DNA from: Ignavibacteriales bacterium
GTDB lineage: Bacteria > Bacteroidota > Ignavibacteria > Ignavibacteriales > SURF-24
Reading direction: 5' to 3'
NCBI GenBank assembly: GCA_026390815.1
Contig: JAPLFH010000005.1
Location: forward strand, 62,366 to 126,365
DNA: 64,000 nt
In this document: piece after piece, positions 1 to 9,589 of the stretch
How the letters are laid out: every line of letters begins with the position of its first letter
Position numbering within the stretch: the first letter of the stretch is position 1
Made by a program: the position numbers and the translations under genes
The notes under the pieces: model-generated
What the model was told of the DNA's origin: nothing
Database searches by the model: none
The model's input: the letters and a program-made list of their open reading frames with translations, nothing else

Positions 1-120
1 TTCTACATGATGCTTTGCAACAGTATATACTTTACTGCGAGCACCCCAATAGCCTTTTGCCATGCCAAGAAGTTTTTTTCGTCTTGTACGCGAGGCTACT
101 TTATTCTTAGCGCGTGGCAT
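1..120 (-). CDS. rplT: 50S ribosomal protein L20, N-terminal part (runs off the window start)
   Basis: The reverse complement starts ATG at 120-118 and reads [40 protein letters not shown], a typical L20 N-terminus. It lies downstream of rpmI as in the conserved infC-rpmI-rplT operon. It is open-ended and so absent from the ORF track. Confidence 0.9.
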   Translation of the reverse strand, partial: MPRAKNKVASRTRRKKLLGMAKGYWGARSKVYTVAKHHVE

Positions 121-137
121 AATTTATCCTCTTATCA

Positions 138-329
138 TTATTGAATCATTATTAAAACATTTTTAGTTTCTACTTTAGAAACTAACGTGGATTTTCTTAA
201 TCCTCTTTTTCTCTTGCGAGATTTTGAAGTAAGTATGTGACTTTTATAAGCCTTACTTCTCTTTACTTTACCAGATGCGGTTTTGCGGAATGTTTTTGCT
301 GCACCGCGATTGCTTTTCATCTTTGGCAT
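138..329 (-). CDS. rpmI: 50S ribosomal protein L35
   Basis: 63-aa basic [27 protein letters not shown].., the L35 signature N-terminus, positioned between infC and rplT. Confidence 0.92.
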   Translation of the reverse strand: MPKMKSNRGAAKTFRKTASGKVKRSKAYKSHILTSKSRKRKRGLRKSTLVSKVETKNVLIMIQ

Positions 330-344
330 TTTATTCTACCTGCT

Positions 345-881
345 TTAGTTTTTCTTTTTCGTTTTAAATTTAGACGGAACTAATATTGTGTTCATCGCTT
401 TTCCTTCGAACTTAATTTCAAATTCCATCTTTGCAACATCTTCGAGCTTGGCTACAAATTCTTTTAATAAATTTGCGCCCTGATCTGTATAGGCTAATTC
501 TCTTCCTTTGAAAATTACCGATACTTTTACCTTATTTCCCTCTTCAATAAAATTTCTTGCGTGCCTGGCTTTAAATTCAAAATCGTGTGTATCGGTATTT
601 GGATGCAATCTTATTTCCTTTAGTATTGATACTACCTGATTTTTTTTCTGAATTTTTTCTTTCTTCTGTAATTCGTAAACAAACTTTCCGTAATTGATTA
701 TTTTACACACAGGTGGGTCTGCTTGTGGTGCAATTTCTACTAAATCTGCACCGCGTTCTTCTGCAAGTCTAAGCGCATCTTTGATTAAAAATATTCCTCG
801 CTGTGTTCCATCCGTATCAATTACTCTGGCTCTCGATACTTTTATTTCTTCATTAATTCGATGTTTAGGTTTTTGGGTAAT
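345..881 (-). CDS. infC: Translation initiation factor IF-3, with a probable ATT start
   Basis: Track ORF 345-710 carries the IF-3 C-domain. The same frame stays open upstream (..ITQKPKHRINEEIKVSRARVIDTDGTQRGIFLIKDALRLAEERGADLVEIAPQADPPVCKIINYGK), which is the IF-3 N-domain and linker. The only near-cognate start is ATT at 881-879, preceded by AAGAGGA. The next upstream in-frame stop is the thrS TAA at 902-900. Confidence 0.85.
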   Translation of the reverse strand: MTQKPKHRINEEIKVSRARVIDTDGTQRGIFLIKDALRLAEERGADLVEIAPQADPPVCKIINYGKFVYELQKKEKIQKKNQVVSILKEIRLHPNTDTHDFEFKARHARNFIEEGNKVKVSVIFKGRELAYTDQGANLLKEFVAKLEDVAKMEFEIKFEGKAMNTILVPSKFKTKKKN

Positions 882-899
882 GTTATCCTCTTTGTTGTT

Positions 900-2822
900 T
901 TACAATTTATTCTTTATTTCTTCTTGCAGTTTACTTGTAAAATCTGCAAGCACTAAACTGCCAATATCACCTTTAGTATGCTGACGAACTGATACAGTAT
1001 TGGAACTTAATTCCTTTTCTCCAACAATAAGCATATATGGAATTTTCTTTGTTTCCCAATCTCTAATTTTATATCCAATCTTTTCATTTCTTTCATCAAC
1101 AACAGCTTTAATATGTAATTTTTTTAGGTCATCTGCAATTTTCTTTGCACCATCAAAGAAGTTTTGAGATATTGGTAAAACAGCCACCTGAACAGGAGCT
1201 AACCAAAGCGGGAATGCTCCACCATAATGTTCTATCAATACTCCCATAAATCTTTCCAAAGAACCAAGCAAAGCACGATGAACCATAAATGGGCGATGTT
1301 CTTTTCCATCTTCCCCAATATATTTCATATCGAATCTTTCCGGCATATTAAAATCGAATTGAATAGTACTCATTTGCCATTCACGATTCAATGCGTCTTT
1401 TATTTTAATATCTATTTTAGGACCGTAGAATGCTCCACCGCCTTCATCAATTTTATACTTTAAGCCTTCTTTTTCTAATGCAGTTTTTAAAGAATCCGTT
1501 GCTTTTTCCCACAATTCATCATTACCGCTAACTTTTTCTGGTCTTGTAGATACATAAAAATTCATTTCATTAAAACCAAAAGATCGCCATATCGACATAC
1601 AAAATCGCAATACTTCAATTATTTCATCTTCTATCTGTTCCTGAGCGCAAAAAATATGAGCATCATCTTGTGTAAATCCTCTAACACGAAGTAAACCATG
1701 AAGCACACCACTCTTTTCATATCGGTAAACTGTTCCTAATTCAGCCCATCTTAAAGGTAAATCACGGTATGATCGAAGATGAGTTTTATATATCATTATA
1801 TGAAAAGGACAATTCATTGGTTTGATATAATAATCCTGATCATCAATAGACATTGGAGAATACATATTCTCTTTGAAGAAGCCCAGATGTCCACTTGTTT
1901 CCCACAACCAACTTTTGCCAATATGAGGCGTATATAAAATTTCATAACCATTATCTAAGTGAGCTTCTCTCCAGAAATTTTCAATATCCAACCTTATCCT
2001 TGCACCTTTGGGATGCCAGTAAATTAAACCTGCACCGGCTTCTTCATGGGTACTAAATAAATCTAACTCCTTACCAACCTTACGATGATCTCGTTTCTTT
2101 GCTTCTTCTAGAAAAACAAGATAATCATCAAGCATTTTCTTTTTGGGGAAAGAGATTCCATAAATTCTTTGAAGCTGCTTATTATGTTCATCACCGCGCC
2201 AATAGGAACCAGAAACTGTTAGTAATCTAACATATTTTATCTTTCCCGTTGAAGGAAGATGCGGACCGGTGCAAAGATCTGTAAATTCTCCTTCCTGGTA
2301 AATACTTATTACATCAGCTTTATCATCAAGACCGTCAAGAATTTCTAATTTGTAATTATCCCCTTTCGTTTTGAAGAATTCAACAGCTTCATTCTTTCTA
2401 AGCTCTTTTCGTGTGAAAGAATTATTTTGCTGCGTCAGTTCCATCATTCTTTTTTCAATTTTTCTAAGATCATCGTCAACCAATTGAGAGTTGATATCAA
2501 TATCATAATAGAATCCTGCATCAATAGCAGGACCAACACCAAATTTAGCTTCAGGATAAATCGATTGAACTGCGTGAGCCATCAGATGTGAAGTAGAATG
2601 CCAGTAAGCTTCTTTACCTTTTTCATCATTAAAGGTTAGCAATTTAATCTTACAATCTTGTTCCAAAGGAAAGTTTAAATCTTTGATATTCCCATCAACT
2701 TCTGCAACAAGTGTTTCTTCTGCTAATCTATTAGAAATTGATGTAGCAATTTGGAATGGAGTAACTCCATTATCAAATTCTTTAATGCTTCCATCAGGAA
2801 AACTTATTTTTAATTTATCCAT
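900..2822 (-). CDS. thrS: Threonine--tRNA ligase
   Basis: 640-aa ORF with a TGS-like N-terminus, an editing-domain HxxxH region (HSTSHLMAHAV), a class II core (FRxE-like RVRGFTQDDAHIF) and an anticodon-binding C-terminus. The thrS-infC-rpmI-rplT synteny supports the call. Confidence 0.95.
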   Translation of the reverse strand: MDKLKISFPDGSIKEFDNGVTPFQIATSISNRLAEETLVAEVDGNIKDLNFPLEQDCKIKLLTFNDEKGKEAYWHSTSHLMAHAVQSIYPEAKFGVGPAIDAGFYYDIDINSQLVDDDLRKIEKRMMELTQQNNSFTRKELRKNEAVEFFKTKGDNYKLEILDGLDDKADVISIYQEGEFTDLCTGPHLPSTGKIKYVRLLTVSGSYWRGDEHNKQLQRIYGISFPKKKMLDDYLVFLEEAKKRDHRKVGKELDLFSTHEEAGAGLIYWHPKGARIRLDIENFWREAHLDNGYEILYTPHIGKSWLWETSGHLGFFKENMYSPMSIDDQDYYIKPMNCPFHIMIYKTHLRSYRDLPLRWAELGTVYRYEKSGVLHGLLRVRGFTQDDAHIFCAQEQIEDEIIEVLRFCMSIWRSFGFNEMNFYVSTRPEKVSGNDELWEKATDSLKTALEKEGLKYKIDEGGGAFYGPKIDIKIKDALNREWQMSTIQFDFNMPERFDMKYIGEDGKEHRPFMVHRALLGSLERFMGVLIEHYGGAFPLWLAPVQVAVLPISQNFFDGAKKIADDLKKLHIKAVVDERNEKIGYKIRDWETKKIPYMLIVGEKELSSNTVSVRQHTKGDIGSLVLADFTSKLQEEIKNKL

Positions 2823-2944
2823 AATCTTTATAAAAAAAAACGGAGAATACTCCGAACAGCTATTTAACTCAAAAAGATATTTAATCCGGGCTTTTCTAAA
2901 AAAGAAAGATGACTCTATTTTGTGTCATCAACCAAATCCGTGTG

Positions 2945-3018
2945 TGGGTTCTATAGGATTCGAACCTATGACCTTCTGCACGTCAAGCAGACGCTCTAAC
3001 CAACTGAGCTAAGAACCC
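2945..3018 (-). tRNA. tRNA-Val (anticodon GAC)
   Basis: Hand-folded 74-nt cloverleaf GGGTTCT-TA-GCTC..GAGC-G-TCTGC-TTGACGT-GCAGA-AGGTC-ATAGG-TTCGAAT-CCTAT-AGAACCC-A. The anticodon loop TTGACGT gives GAC. CCA is not encoded. Confidence 0.88.
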
Positions 3019-3118
3019 CTTACAAGTGATTCTCTCTCTTGTCTCAGAGTTGAAGTAAAGAGTAAGTTAACCCACTTAGCAAAAAGATAAATGAGTTAAG
3101 AATCCTAATCCATAATTG

Positions 3119-3204
3119 TACCGAGGGCCGGACTCGAACCGGCACGGGAATAAATTCCCACAGGATTTTAAGTCCTGTGCGTCTACCAATTCCGCCACCC
3201 CGGC
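3119..3204 (-). tRNA. tRNA-Leu (anticodon UAA), class II with a long variable arm
   Basis: 86 nt: GCCGGGGTGGCGGAATTGGTAGACGC.., anticodon stem-loop CAGGA-CTTAAAA-TCCTG, variable arm GGGAATTTATTCCC, T-arm GCCGG-TTCGAGT-CCGGC. The acceptor stem has two G-U pairs. Confidence 0.85.
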
Positions 3205-3224
3205 GACAAAGAACACTTCAAAAG

Positions 3225-3298
3225 TGGGCTCGGAAGGACTTGAACCTCCGACCCGCTGATTATGAGTCAGCTGCTCTAACCAACTGAGCTACGAGCCC
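3225..3298 (-). tRNA. tRNA with CAU anticodon (elongator Met, or Ile2 if lysidine-modified)
   Basis: 74-nt cloverleaf GGGCTCG-TA-GCTC..GAGC-A-GCTGA-CTCATAA-TCAGC-GGGTC-GGAGG-TTCAAGT-CCTTC-CGAGCCC-A. G1-C72 is paired and the anticodon stem lacks the three G-C pairs of an initiator, so it is not an initiator. Met versus Ile2 cannot be resolved by eye. Confidence 0.8.
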
Positions 3299-3549
3299 AA
3301 AATTGGATAGTAAAAATAACATAAAAACTTAATTTTTGCAATAAATCTTACAGTTTATTAATTAGAAAACTTAAATTGTTTTTGCTATGCCATAATTATG
3401 GATAAAACACATCAAAAACTAAATTAAAAATAGCTATCATTATTCACTTAATTCCTTTTCCGGGAAAATGTCTAATTCCAATCATGAACGCTTTCTTAAA
3501 TACTCTCCAGTCACCTTGCCTCACTATTCATTTTTATCTATTTTTCGAT

Positions 3550-4599
3550 ATGGTAATTGATAAAGACGAAGTTAAAAAAATACTGTGTATAAAACCCCGT
3601 GGAATTGGTGACGTTATTCTATCATCAATTGTTTTTAATAATCTTCTTGAAAATTTTCCAGGTAGTAAAATTGATTATTTAACAGAATTTCCAAGTAAAC
3701 CATTATTGGAACCGCTTCCATTTATTAATGAAGTTCTTCTATTTGGAAATAACTCAGTTCTGGATTCAATTTCCACCATCAAATTAGTTAGGAAAAGAAA
3801 ATACGATTTGGTATTTGATTTCTATTCTAATCCAAGAACAGCTTTAGTTACCTTTTTCAGTGGTGCCAGGTACCGAGTCGGATTCCCATACCGTGGCAGA
3901 GCCTATGCTTATAATCTTTTTGGACCAAGCGAAAGGAACAAATTTCACTCTGCTGCACTTCATTTGGAAATGTTGAATAAGATTGGATTAACTTGCAACC
4001 ATTCTGAAATGTTTTTTGGCTTAACAAAAGATGATATTGAATTTTCAAGAAACTTTTTTGAAGAAAAATTCCAACCAAATGACCTTGTAATTGGAATAAG
4101 TCCGAGTGGAGGTTGGCAATCCAAAAAATCCGATCCAATAAAATTTGCTGAAATTGGTGATGCTTTGGTTAATAAATATTCTGCTAAGATTCTACTTCTC
4201 TGGGGACCAGGCGATAAAAACGAAGCGATTGAAATTGAAAGATTAATGACAAATGAAATTATTGTTGCACCACTTACTGATATCAGAAAAATGGGAGCAC
4301 TTATTTCCAATTGCAAAATACTAATTGCAAATGACAGTGGTCCAATGCATATTGGTGTGGCACTTAAAACTCCGGTTCTTAGTGTGCACGGACCTACTAA
4401 TCCAAAGCTTCAGGGACCATATGGAGAAATGCACGAATGGGTTAGACTTGATGAATTGGATTGCATTGGTTGCGATTTGCGTGTTTGTCCGCGGAAACAT
4501 GAATGCTTTTTAGAGTTGCCAATCGAAAGAATTATGATAAAGATTGATTCTTTGATCAAAAAGAATGAAATAAAGTTGGTGATAAATGAAAAAAATTGA
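3550..4599 (+). CDS. Glycosyltransferase family 9 (LPS heptosyltransferase-like), paralog 1
   Basis: N-terminal KILCIKPRGIGDVILS and C-terminal ANDSGPMHIGVAL motifs are typical of GT9. The ATG at 3550 is preferred over the track start at 3484 because GT9 proteins begin just before the (K/R)ILxI..xGD motif. A C-terminal CIGCDLRVCPRKHEC cluster is present. Confidence 0.8.
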   Translation: MVIDKDEVKKILCIKPRGIGDVILSSIVFNNLLENFPGSKIDYLTEFPSKPLLEPLPFINEVLLFGNNSVLDSISTIKLVRKRKYDLVFDFYSNPRTALVTFFSGARYRVGFPYRGRAYAYNLFGPSERNKFHSAALHLEMLNKIGLTCNHSEMFFGLTKDDIEFSRNFFEEKFQPNDLVIGISPSGGWQSKKSDPIKFAEIGDALVNKYSAKILLLWGPGDKNEAIEIERLMTNEIIVAPLTDIRKMGALISNCKILIANDSGPMHIGVALKTPVLSVHGPTNPKLQGPYGEMHEWVRLDELDCIGCDLRVCPRKHECFLELPIERIMIKIDSLIKKNEIKLVINEKN

Positions 4600-5641
4600 A
4601 ATACTTCTGAAAAATTTTTTGCTGCGAGTATTACTTTTATTCAAAACGAGGAATAAGAAAGATTCATACAGTTTTAATTCTAATTCTAAAATATTATTCA
4701 TTAGATTGAACCGAATTGGTGATGCTTTAGTTGTAACACCACTTTTAAAAGTAGTTAAGGACCATTTAAAATGTAAAATCTATTTGCTTGCTGATAATAA
4801 AAATCATTTTGTATTTACAAATAATCCATCAATCGATAAAGTAATAATTTTTGAAAAAGGATTACAAGGTTTTCTGGAAACGATTAGAATGATAAAGGCT
4901 GAGCAATTTGATGCAATTGTGGATCTGCATGATGATGTTTCAACTACAGTTTCCTTTCTTTTAGCTTTCAGTAGTTGTAAAAATATTTTTGGATTGCAAA
5001 AAGAAAATGAAGCTGTTTATACAAAAACAACTGACAGATTGGAACCTACAAAAACTCACATAATTGACAGAACTCTGGAATTGACGAAACTTTTTAATAT
5101 AAATTATAACCGGGCAAATGTTAATGTTCATTATTTCCCCAAAGCCGAATCACAAGGTAAAGTTAAAAACATCCTCAAAAGAAAAGGTCTAACAAATAAA
5201 TTCCTGGTAGGAATAAATATTTCTGCAGGAAGCGATGCAAGATTTTGGGGAGTTGAGCGGTTCCAAAATTTAATTAAATTCCTGTCAGGTTATGATTTAC
5301 ATTATGTAATTTTATCCACAACCCGCGACATTAAATTAGCATTAAAAATTTTGAATGAGAAGCAAAAAAATTTATACACGCCATCATTCGATGGGTTTGC
5401 AGCAATGATTTCTGAATTAGATCTGTTGTTCACACCTGATACTTCAGCTATTCATATCGCTTCTGCGTTTAGTGTTCCTGTTTTTGGCTTATATGTTAAC
5501 TATAAAACCGATGATATGATATGGTCACCATATAAATCAGATTTTGATTGCAACATTACAACTCAACCAACACTTGCCAAAGTAGAATATGATGAAGTAA
5601 TTAAAAAATTCCAGCCATTTTTAGAAAAGCATTTAATATGA
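4586..5641 (+). CDS. Glycosyltransferase family 9, paralog 2
   Basis: KILFIRLNRIGDALVVTP and a C-terminal TPDTSAIHIASAF GT9-like motif. It overlaps paralog 1 by 14 nt and paralog 3 by 4 nt, suggesting an operon. Confidence 0.75.
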   Translation: MKKIEILLKNFLLRVLLLFKTRNKKDSYSFNSNSKILFIRLNRIGDALVVTPLLKVVKDHLKCKIYLLADNKNHFVFTNNPSIDKVIIFEKGLQGFLETIRMIKAEQFDAIVDLHDDVSTTVSFLLAFSSCKNIFGLQKENEAVYTKTTDRLEPTKTHIIDRTLELTKLFNINYNRANVNVHYFPKAESQGKVKNILKRKGLTNKFLVGINISAGSDARFWGVERFQNLIKFLSGYDLHYVILSTTRDIKLALKILNEKQKNLYTPSFDGFAAMISELDLLFTPDTSAIHIASAFSVPVFGLYVNYKTDDMIWSPYKSDFDCNITTQPTLAKVEYDEVIKKFQPFLEKHLI

Positions 5642-6777
5642 AAAAAGAAATTCCAAAATGTAAAAAGTTCTCTGGTTATAAACCTTGCTATCCAGACCAC
5701 AATTGCTGGGAGAATGGTTGTAAAGATATGATATCGGTCGGTACCAAAATTTTAATTATTAACCTTGATGCAATGGGCGACATTTTGATGACAACCGCTC
5801 AACTTAAAGCAATAAAAAGAAAGTTTCCTGAATCAACAATTTGGTGGATTACGCTTCCAATCACTGCTCCCCTGCTTTTTAATATTCCATTTGTTGATAA
5901 AGTTTTTCCATATAATTTCGAATCCATATCTATTCTTTCTCAAATGGAATTTGATATTGTAATGAATGTTGATAAATCTCAGCGTTCTGGTGCACTTGCT
6001 AATTCTGTAAAAGCTAAAGCTAAGCTTGGATTTGGAATAAATGAAGACGGAAAAATTATTCCTTTTAATGAAGGTGCTGAATATAATTATCAGTTAGGAA
6101 TGGATGATAATCTAAAATTTAAATTGAATAAAAGAACAGGGCAGGAATATTTGGCGGAAACTTTTGAACTTGACTACAAGCGCGATGATTATGTTTTTTA
6201 TTTTGATGAGGAAGAAGTAAAATTCATAGAGGAATACAAGACGTCGGTTGGAATTGATAAAAATGATTTTGTGGTTGGATTTAACACCGGTTGTTCCCTC
6301 CTTTACCCAAATAAAAAGATGACAATTCAACAACATATTTCACTAATTGAAAACTTACTTTCTTACAATAAAATTAAAATCGTTTTACTTGGCGGACCCG
6401 AAGATGAAAAACGAAATGCTGAGATATATTCGCGGTTTGAAGGAAGAATTATTAATACACCAACAAATTTGGGAATTAGAAAAGGTGCTTGTTTCGAAAA
6501 TTTAGCTGATGTTGTTATCACAGGAGATTCATTTGGAATGCATCTGGCAATTGCATTAAAAAAATATGTGATTGTTTGGTTTGGAGTTAGCTGCTGGGCT
6601 GAAATTGATTTATATAATCGTGGTATAAAACTTTATAATGAGGATTTGTTTTGCTCACCTTGCTGGAAAAAGAAATGTCCTTATAATCTTGAATGTATCC
6701 AAATGATTGATTTGAAAAAAATTGAAGAAGAAGTTCTAAATTATTCCAATAAGAAATTGCTAAACAAAATCCAGTAA
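5638..6777 (+). CDS. Glycosyltransferase family 9, paralog 3, with N- and C-terminal Cys clusters
   Basis: KILIINLDAMGDILMTT and TGDSFGMHLAIAL GT9 motifs, plus CKKFSGYKPCYPDHNCWENGC at the N-terminus and CSPCWKKKCPYNLEC at the C-terminus. Confidence 0.75.
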   Translation: MKKEIPKCKKFSGYKPCYPDHNCWENGCKDMISVGTKILIINLDAMGDILMTTAQLKAIKRKFPESTIWWITLPITAPLLFNIPFVDKVFPYNFESISILSQMEFDIVMNVDKSQRSGALANSVKAKAKLGFGINEDGKIIPFNEGAEYNYQLGMDDNLKFKLNKRTGQEYLAETFELDYKRDDYVFYFDEEEVKFIEEYKTSVGIDKNDFVVGFNTGCSLLYPNKKMTIQQHISLIENLLSYNKIKIVLLGGPEDEKRNAEIYSRFEGRIINTPTNLGIRKGACFENLADVVITGDSFGMHLAIALKKYVIVWFGVSCWAEIDLYNRGIKLYNEDLFCSPCWKKKCPYNLECIQMIDLKKIEEEVLNYSNKKLLNKIQ

Positions 6778-6816
6778 ACTTTATTTGATTTAGAAATTTG
6801 AACTTTCCATTGAAGA

Positions 6817-7710
6817 ATGAGATTAAACAACTTCAACATATTAAGCTGGGCAAAAAAAATTGGCAGACCGCTGATTTTAGATGGCGCGATGGGAAGTTTA
6901 TTACAGCAAAAAGGATTTTTATCAAATGATCCACTCTGGGCTAGTCTTGCTAATGTTGAACATCCTGAAGCAGTTCGTCGGATTCATAAAGAATATATTG
7001 ATTCAGGGGCTGACATAATTACTACCAACACGTTTAGAACAAATCCTGCTGCAGTGTCAAAATCTAAAAAAAGTTTTACTCCCCAAAATTTAGTGGAAGC
7101 CAGTGTTCAAATTGCTAAAGAAGTAAAAGGTAACTTGCCAATTTTAATGGCAGGTTCCAATGCACCAGCGGAAGATTGTTACCAAATTGAAAGAACAATT
7201 CCTATTCTTGAACTTCAGGAAAATCATCAACAACATATTTCATTGTTGAAAGAGTTTGGTGGCGATTTTATTCTAAACGAAACACAAAGTCATTTTGATG
7301 AAATAAAAATCATCTGTGAAATTTGCAGTAAGAATCAAATTGATTTTATCTTGAGCCTTTTCTTTACAAATGATTTCAAATTACTTTCTGGTGAAGATAT
7401 ATTTTCTACAATTGAATTTATAACTACTTATAAACCGCTAGCGATTGGTTTTAATTGCATTACACCAAAAATCTTTCTGCAAATTGTTGATAAAATTCCT
7501 GATAATATTAATTGGGGCTTTTACTTAAATTGCGGCAGCGGAAATTATGAAGACGAACAAATTGTTTGTGGAGTTAATGAATTGGAATATCTGGAAGTTG
7601 TAAAAAAACTTCTCCCATTCAAACCAAGTTTTGTTGGCTCCTGTTGTGGCTCTAATCCAAATCATACTAAACTTATAAAGAATTACTTTGATGAATTACG
7701 TGGAAATTAA
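6817..7710 (+). CDS. Homocysteine S-methyltransferase family protein (Hcy-binding domain)
   Basis: ILDGAMGSLLQ, GADIITTNTF, GFNC and a C-terminal GSCCGSNPNHT zinc-ligand pattern, typical of the S-methyltransferase (MmuM/MetH N-domain) family. Confidence 0.8.
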   Translation: MRLNNFNILSWAKKIGRPLILDGAMGSLLQQKGFLSNDPLWASLANVEHPEAVRRIHKEYIDSGADIITTNTFRTNPAAVSKSKKSFTPQNLVEASVQIAKEVKGNLPILMAGSNAPAEDCYQIERTIPILELQENHQQHISLLKEFGGDFILNETQSHFDEIKIICEICSKNQIDFILSLFFTNDFKLLSGEDIFSTIEFITTYKPLAIGFNCITPKIFLQIVDKIPDNINWGFYLNCGSGNYEDEQIVCGVNELEYLEVVKKLLPFKPSFVGSCCGSNPNHTKLIKNYFDELRGN

Positions 7711-8530
7711 AGCTCCTGCCAAAATTAATTTTGGTTTGTTTGTAACCTCAAAACGATCAGATGGCTTTCATAACATTGAAACTATTTTTTATCCCATAAA
7801 TGATCTGTATGACGAATTGTTTTTTACGAAAGCTGATAGATTTGAATTCATATCAAATGATAAAGAATTGGAGAACAAGCATAATCTTATCATTAAAGCT
7901 AAAGAAATATTAGAAACAGAAGCTAAAAAGATTTTTAATGTTAAAATTGAATTGAATAAAAAAATTCCGATTGGAGCAGGTTTAGGAGGTGGCAGTTCTG
8001 ATGCAGCGGCAACTTTACTTTCCTTAAATGAAATGTTCAAACTAAATTTTGAATTAGAAACACTGAGGAAATTTGCACTTGAATTGGGTTCCGATGTTCC
8101 ATTTTTTATCAAACCTAAACCGTCATTTGCAGAAGGGCGTGGTGAAAAATTGTCTGTTATCGATTTTGAAATTTCTTCAGCAATTCTTTTAGTAAATCCT
8201 GGAATACACATTTCAACCAAAGAAGCTTATGGGAATATCCATTCTAAGCTTGCAGGATTCAATTTAGGCAAGATCAATAAGTCTCAGATTTCTGATCCAG
8301 GATTCTTAATTAAAAACGTTAAAAATGATTTTGAAGATTACGTTTTTAATTTCTATCCGGAAGTTGAAAATATAAAAGAAATTCTATATCAATCGCGTGC
8401 TAATTTTTCAATTATGACTGGAAGTGGTTCAACAGTATTCGGATTGTTCAACAATTTACAAGATGCAATGCTGGCTAAAGAAAAATTCCCATCACATTAT
8501 TTTACATTTATTAGTTATTCTGAAGATTAA
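7688..8530 (+). CDS. ispE: 4-diphosphocytidyl-2-C-methyl-D-erythritol kinase
   Basis: KAPAKINFGL..DGFHNIETIF and the GHMP kinase motif PIGAGLGGGSSDAAA. It overlaps the upstream gene by 23 nt. Confidence 0.9.
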   Translation: MMNYVEIKAPAKINFGLFVTSKRSDGFHNIETIFYPINDLYDELFFTKADRFEFISNDKELENKHNLIIKAKEILETEAKKIFNVKIELNKKIPIGAGLGGGSSDAAATLLSLNEMFKLNFELETLRKFALELGSDVPFFIKPKPSFAEGRGEKLSVIDFEISSAILLVNPGIHISTKEAYGNIHSKLAGFNLGKINKSQISDPGFLIKNVKNDFEDYVFNFYPEVENIKEILYQSRANFSIMTGSGSTVFGLFNNLQDAMLAKEKFPSHYFTFISYSED

Positions 8531-8545
8531 ATTAGGTAAGCGCTG

Positions 8546-9589
8546 TTATCGAAGTGATTCCGAATTGATTAATTTATTCATATCATTTTTATAAACAGCA
8601 TATTGAAATCCACCGCTAACCGAGTAACCGCCGATTTCACCATTCTTATTTAATGCAATAAATCCAACTTGACTATCAAAATTCTTTACTTTCTTGATAA
8701 TTCTTTCACAAGCAATTTTGCAAGCTTCCATCGGAGATTTTCCATTCCTCATACTTTCAACAACCAAAAAACTTCCAACCGTTTTAATAACTGCTTCACC
8801 TAAACCGGTTGCTGCTGCTCCACCAATATCGTTATCAATATAAAGTCCTGCACCAATAATTGGTGAGTCCCCCACTCTTCCATGATATTTAAATGCTAAT
8901 CCACTTGTTGTACAAGCACCGGATAAATTCCCGTTTTTATCTAAGGCTATCATTCCAATGGTATCGTGATTATCCTTATTTGTTTTAAATGGTTTGTATT
9001 TATTTTCTTGTAACCATTTTAGCCACTCAGCTTTGGATTCCTTGGTGAGAAGATTTTGTTTCTTAAATCCATTAGCCAAAGCGAATTGTAAAGCTCCATC
9101 ACCAACCAGCATAACGTGTGGAGTTTTTTCCATCACCAACCTGGCTACGGAAATTGGATGCATAATATTTTCAAGACAAGCAACCGAACCTGCATTCCCT
9201 TCTTCATCCATTATACAAGCATCAAGAGTAACATGACCATCCCGATCTGGAAAACCACCATATCCAACACTGGTTATTTTCGGATCAGCTTCTGTTACCA
9301 TCACTCCTTTTTCAACAGCGTCCAGAGCTCTTCCTCTTTTACTTATAACTTTCCAGGCTTCTTGGTTAGCGGCAAGCCCATGTTGCCACGTGGATATTAT
9401 TACTGGTTTTTCAAATTCTAAATTCTTTGAAAAGGAGCCAGCAATTATTTCTTTACTTCTTGATTTCCCTAAATTAATTCCAGTAGCAATTCCTGCTGTG
9501 GCAATCAATGAATTAAATATAAATTTTCGTCGCGTATTCAAGTTAAATTTTTTATTATTCAAAAAAATCGGGTTCGGGTTCTTTAACAA
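8546..9589 (-). CDS. Glycosylasparaginase / isoaspartyl peptidase (Ntn hydrolase), exported
   Basis: HDTIGMIALD (autoprocessing Thr), GACTTSG and GRVGDSPIIGAG closely resemble flavobacterial N4-(beta-N-acetylglucosaminyl)-L-asparaginase. The N-terminus TRRKFIFNSLIATAGIATG looks like a Tat signal. Confidence 0.85.
   Translation of the reverse strand: MLKNPNPIFLNNKKFNLNTRRKFIFNSLIATAGIATGINLGKSRSKEIIAGSFSKNLEFEKPVIISTWQHGLAANQEAWKVISKRGRALDAVEKGVMVTEADPKITSVGYGGFPDRDGHVTLDACIMDEEGNAGSVACLENIMHPISVARLVMEKTPHVMLVGDGALQFALANGFKKQNLLTKESKAEWLKWLQENKYKPFKTNKDNHDTIGMIALDKNGNLSGACTTSGLAFKYHGRVGDSPIIGAGLYIDNDIGGAAATGLGEAVIKTVGSFLVVESMRNGKSPMEACKIACERIIKKVKNFDSQVGFIALNKNGEIGGYSVSGGFQYAVYKNDMNKLINSESLR

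Noticed and set aside
694-984. 96-aa + strand ORF across the infC/thrS junction
   Set aside because: It lies antisense to the IF-3 N-domain coding region (once infC is extended to its ATT start) and to the thrS 3' end. It has low-complexity Ser/Leu composition and is a shadow ORF.
2683-3012. 109-aa + strand ORF upstream of thrS
   Set aside because: It runs antisense through the thrS start and then through the tRNA-Val gene (2945-3018). The tRNA cloverleaf explains the sequence, and no coding signal is present.
2945-3550. tRNA cluster as a possible integration hot-spot for a genomic island
   Set aside because: No integrase, no direct repeat of a tRNA 3' end and no compositional break were seen next to the tRNAs. 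The neighbouring GT9 genes look like ordinary envelope genes.
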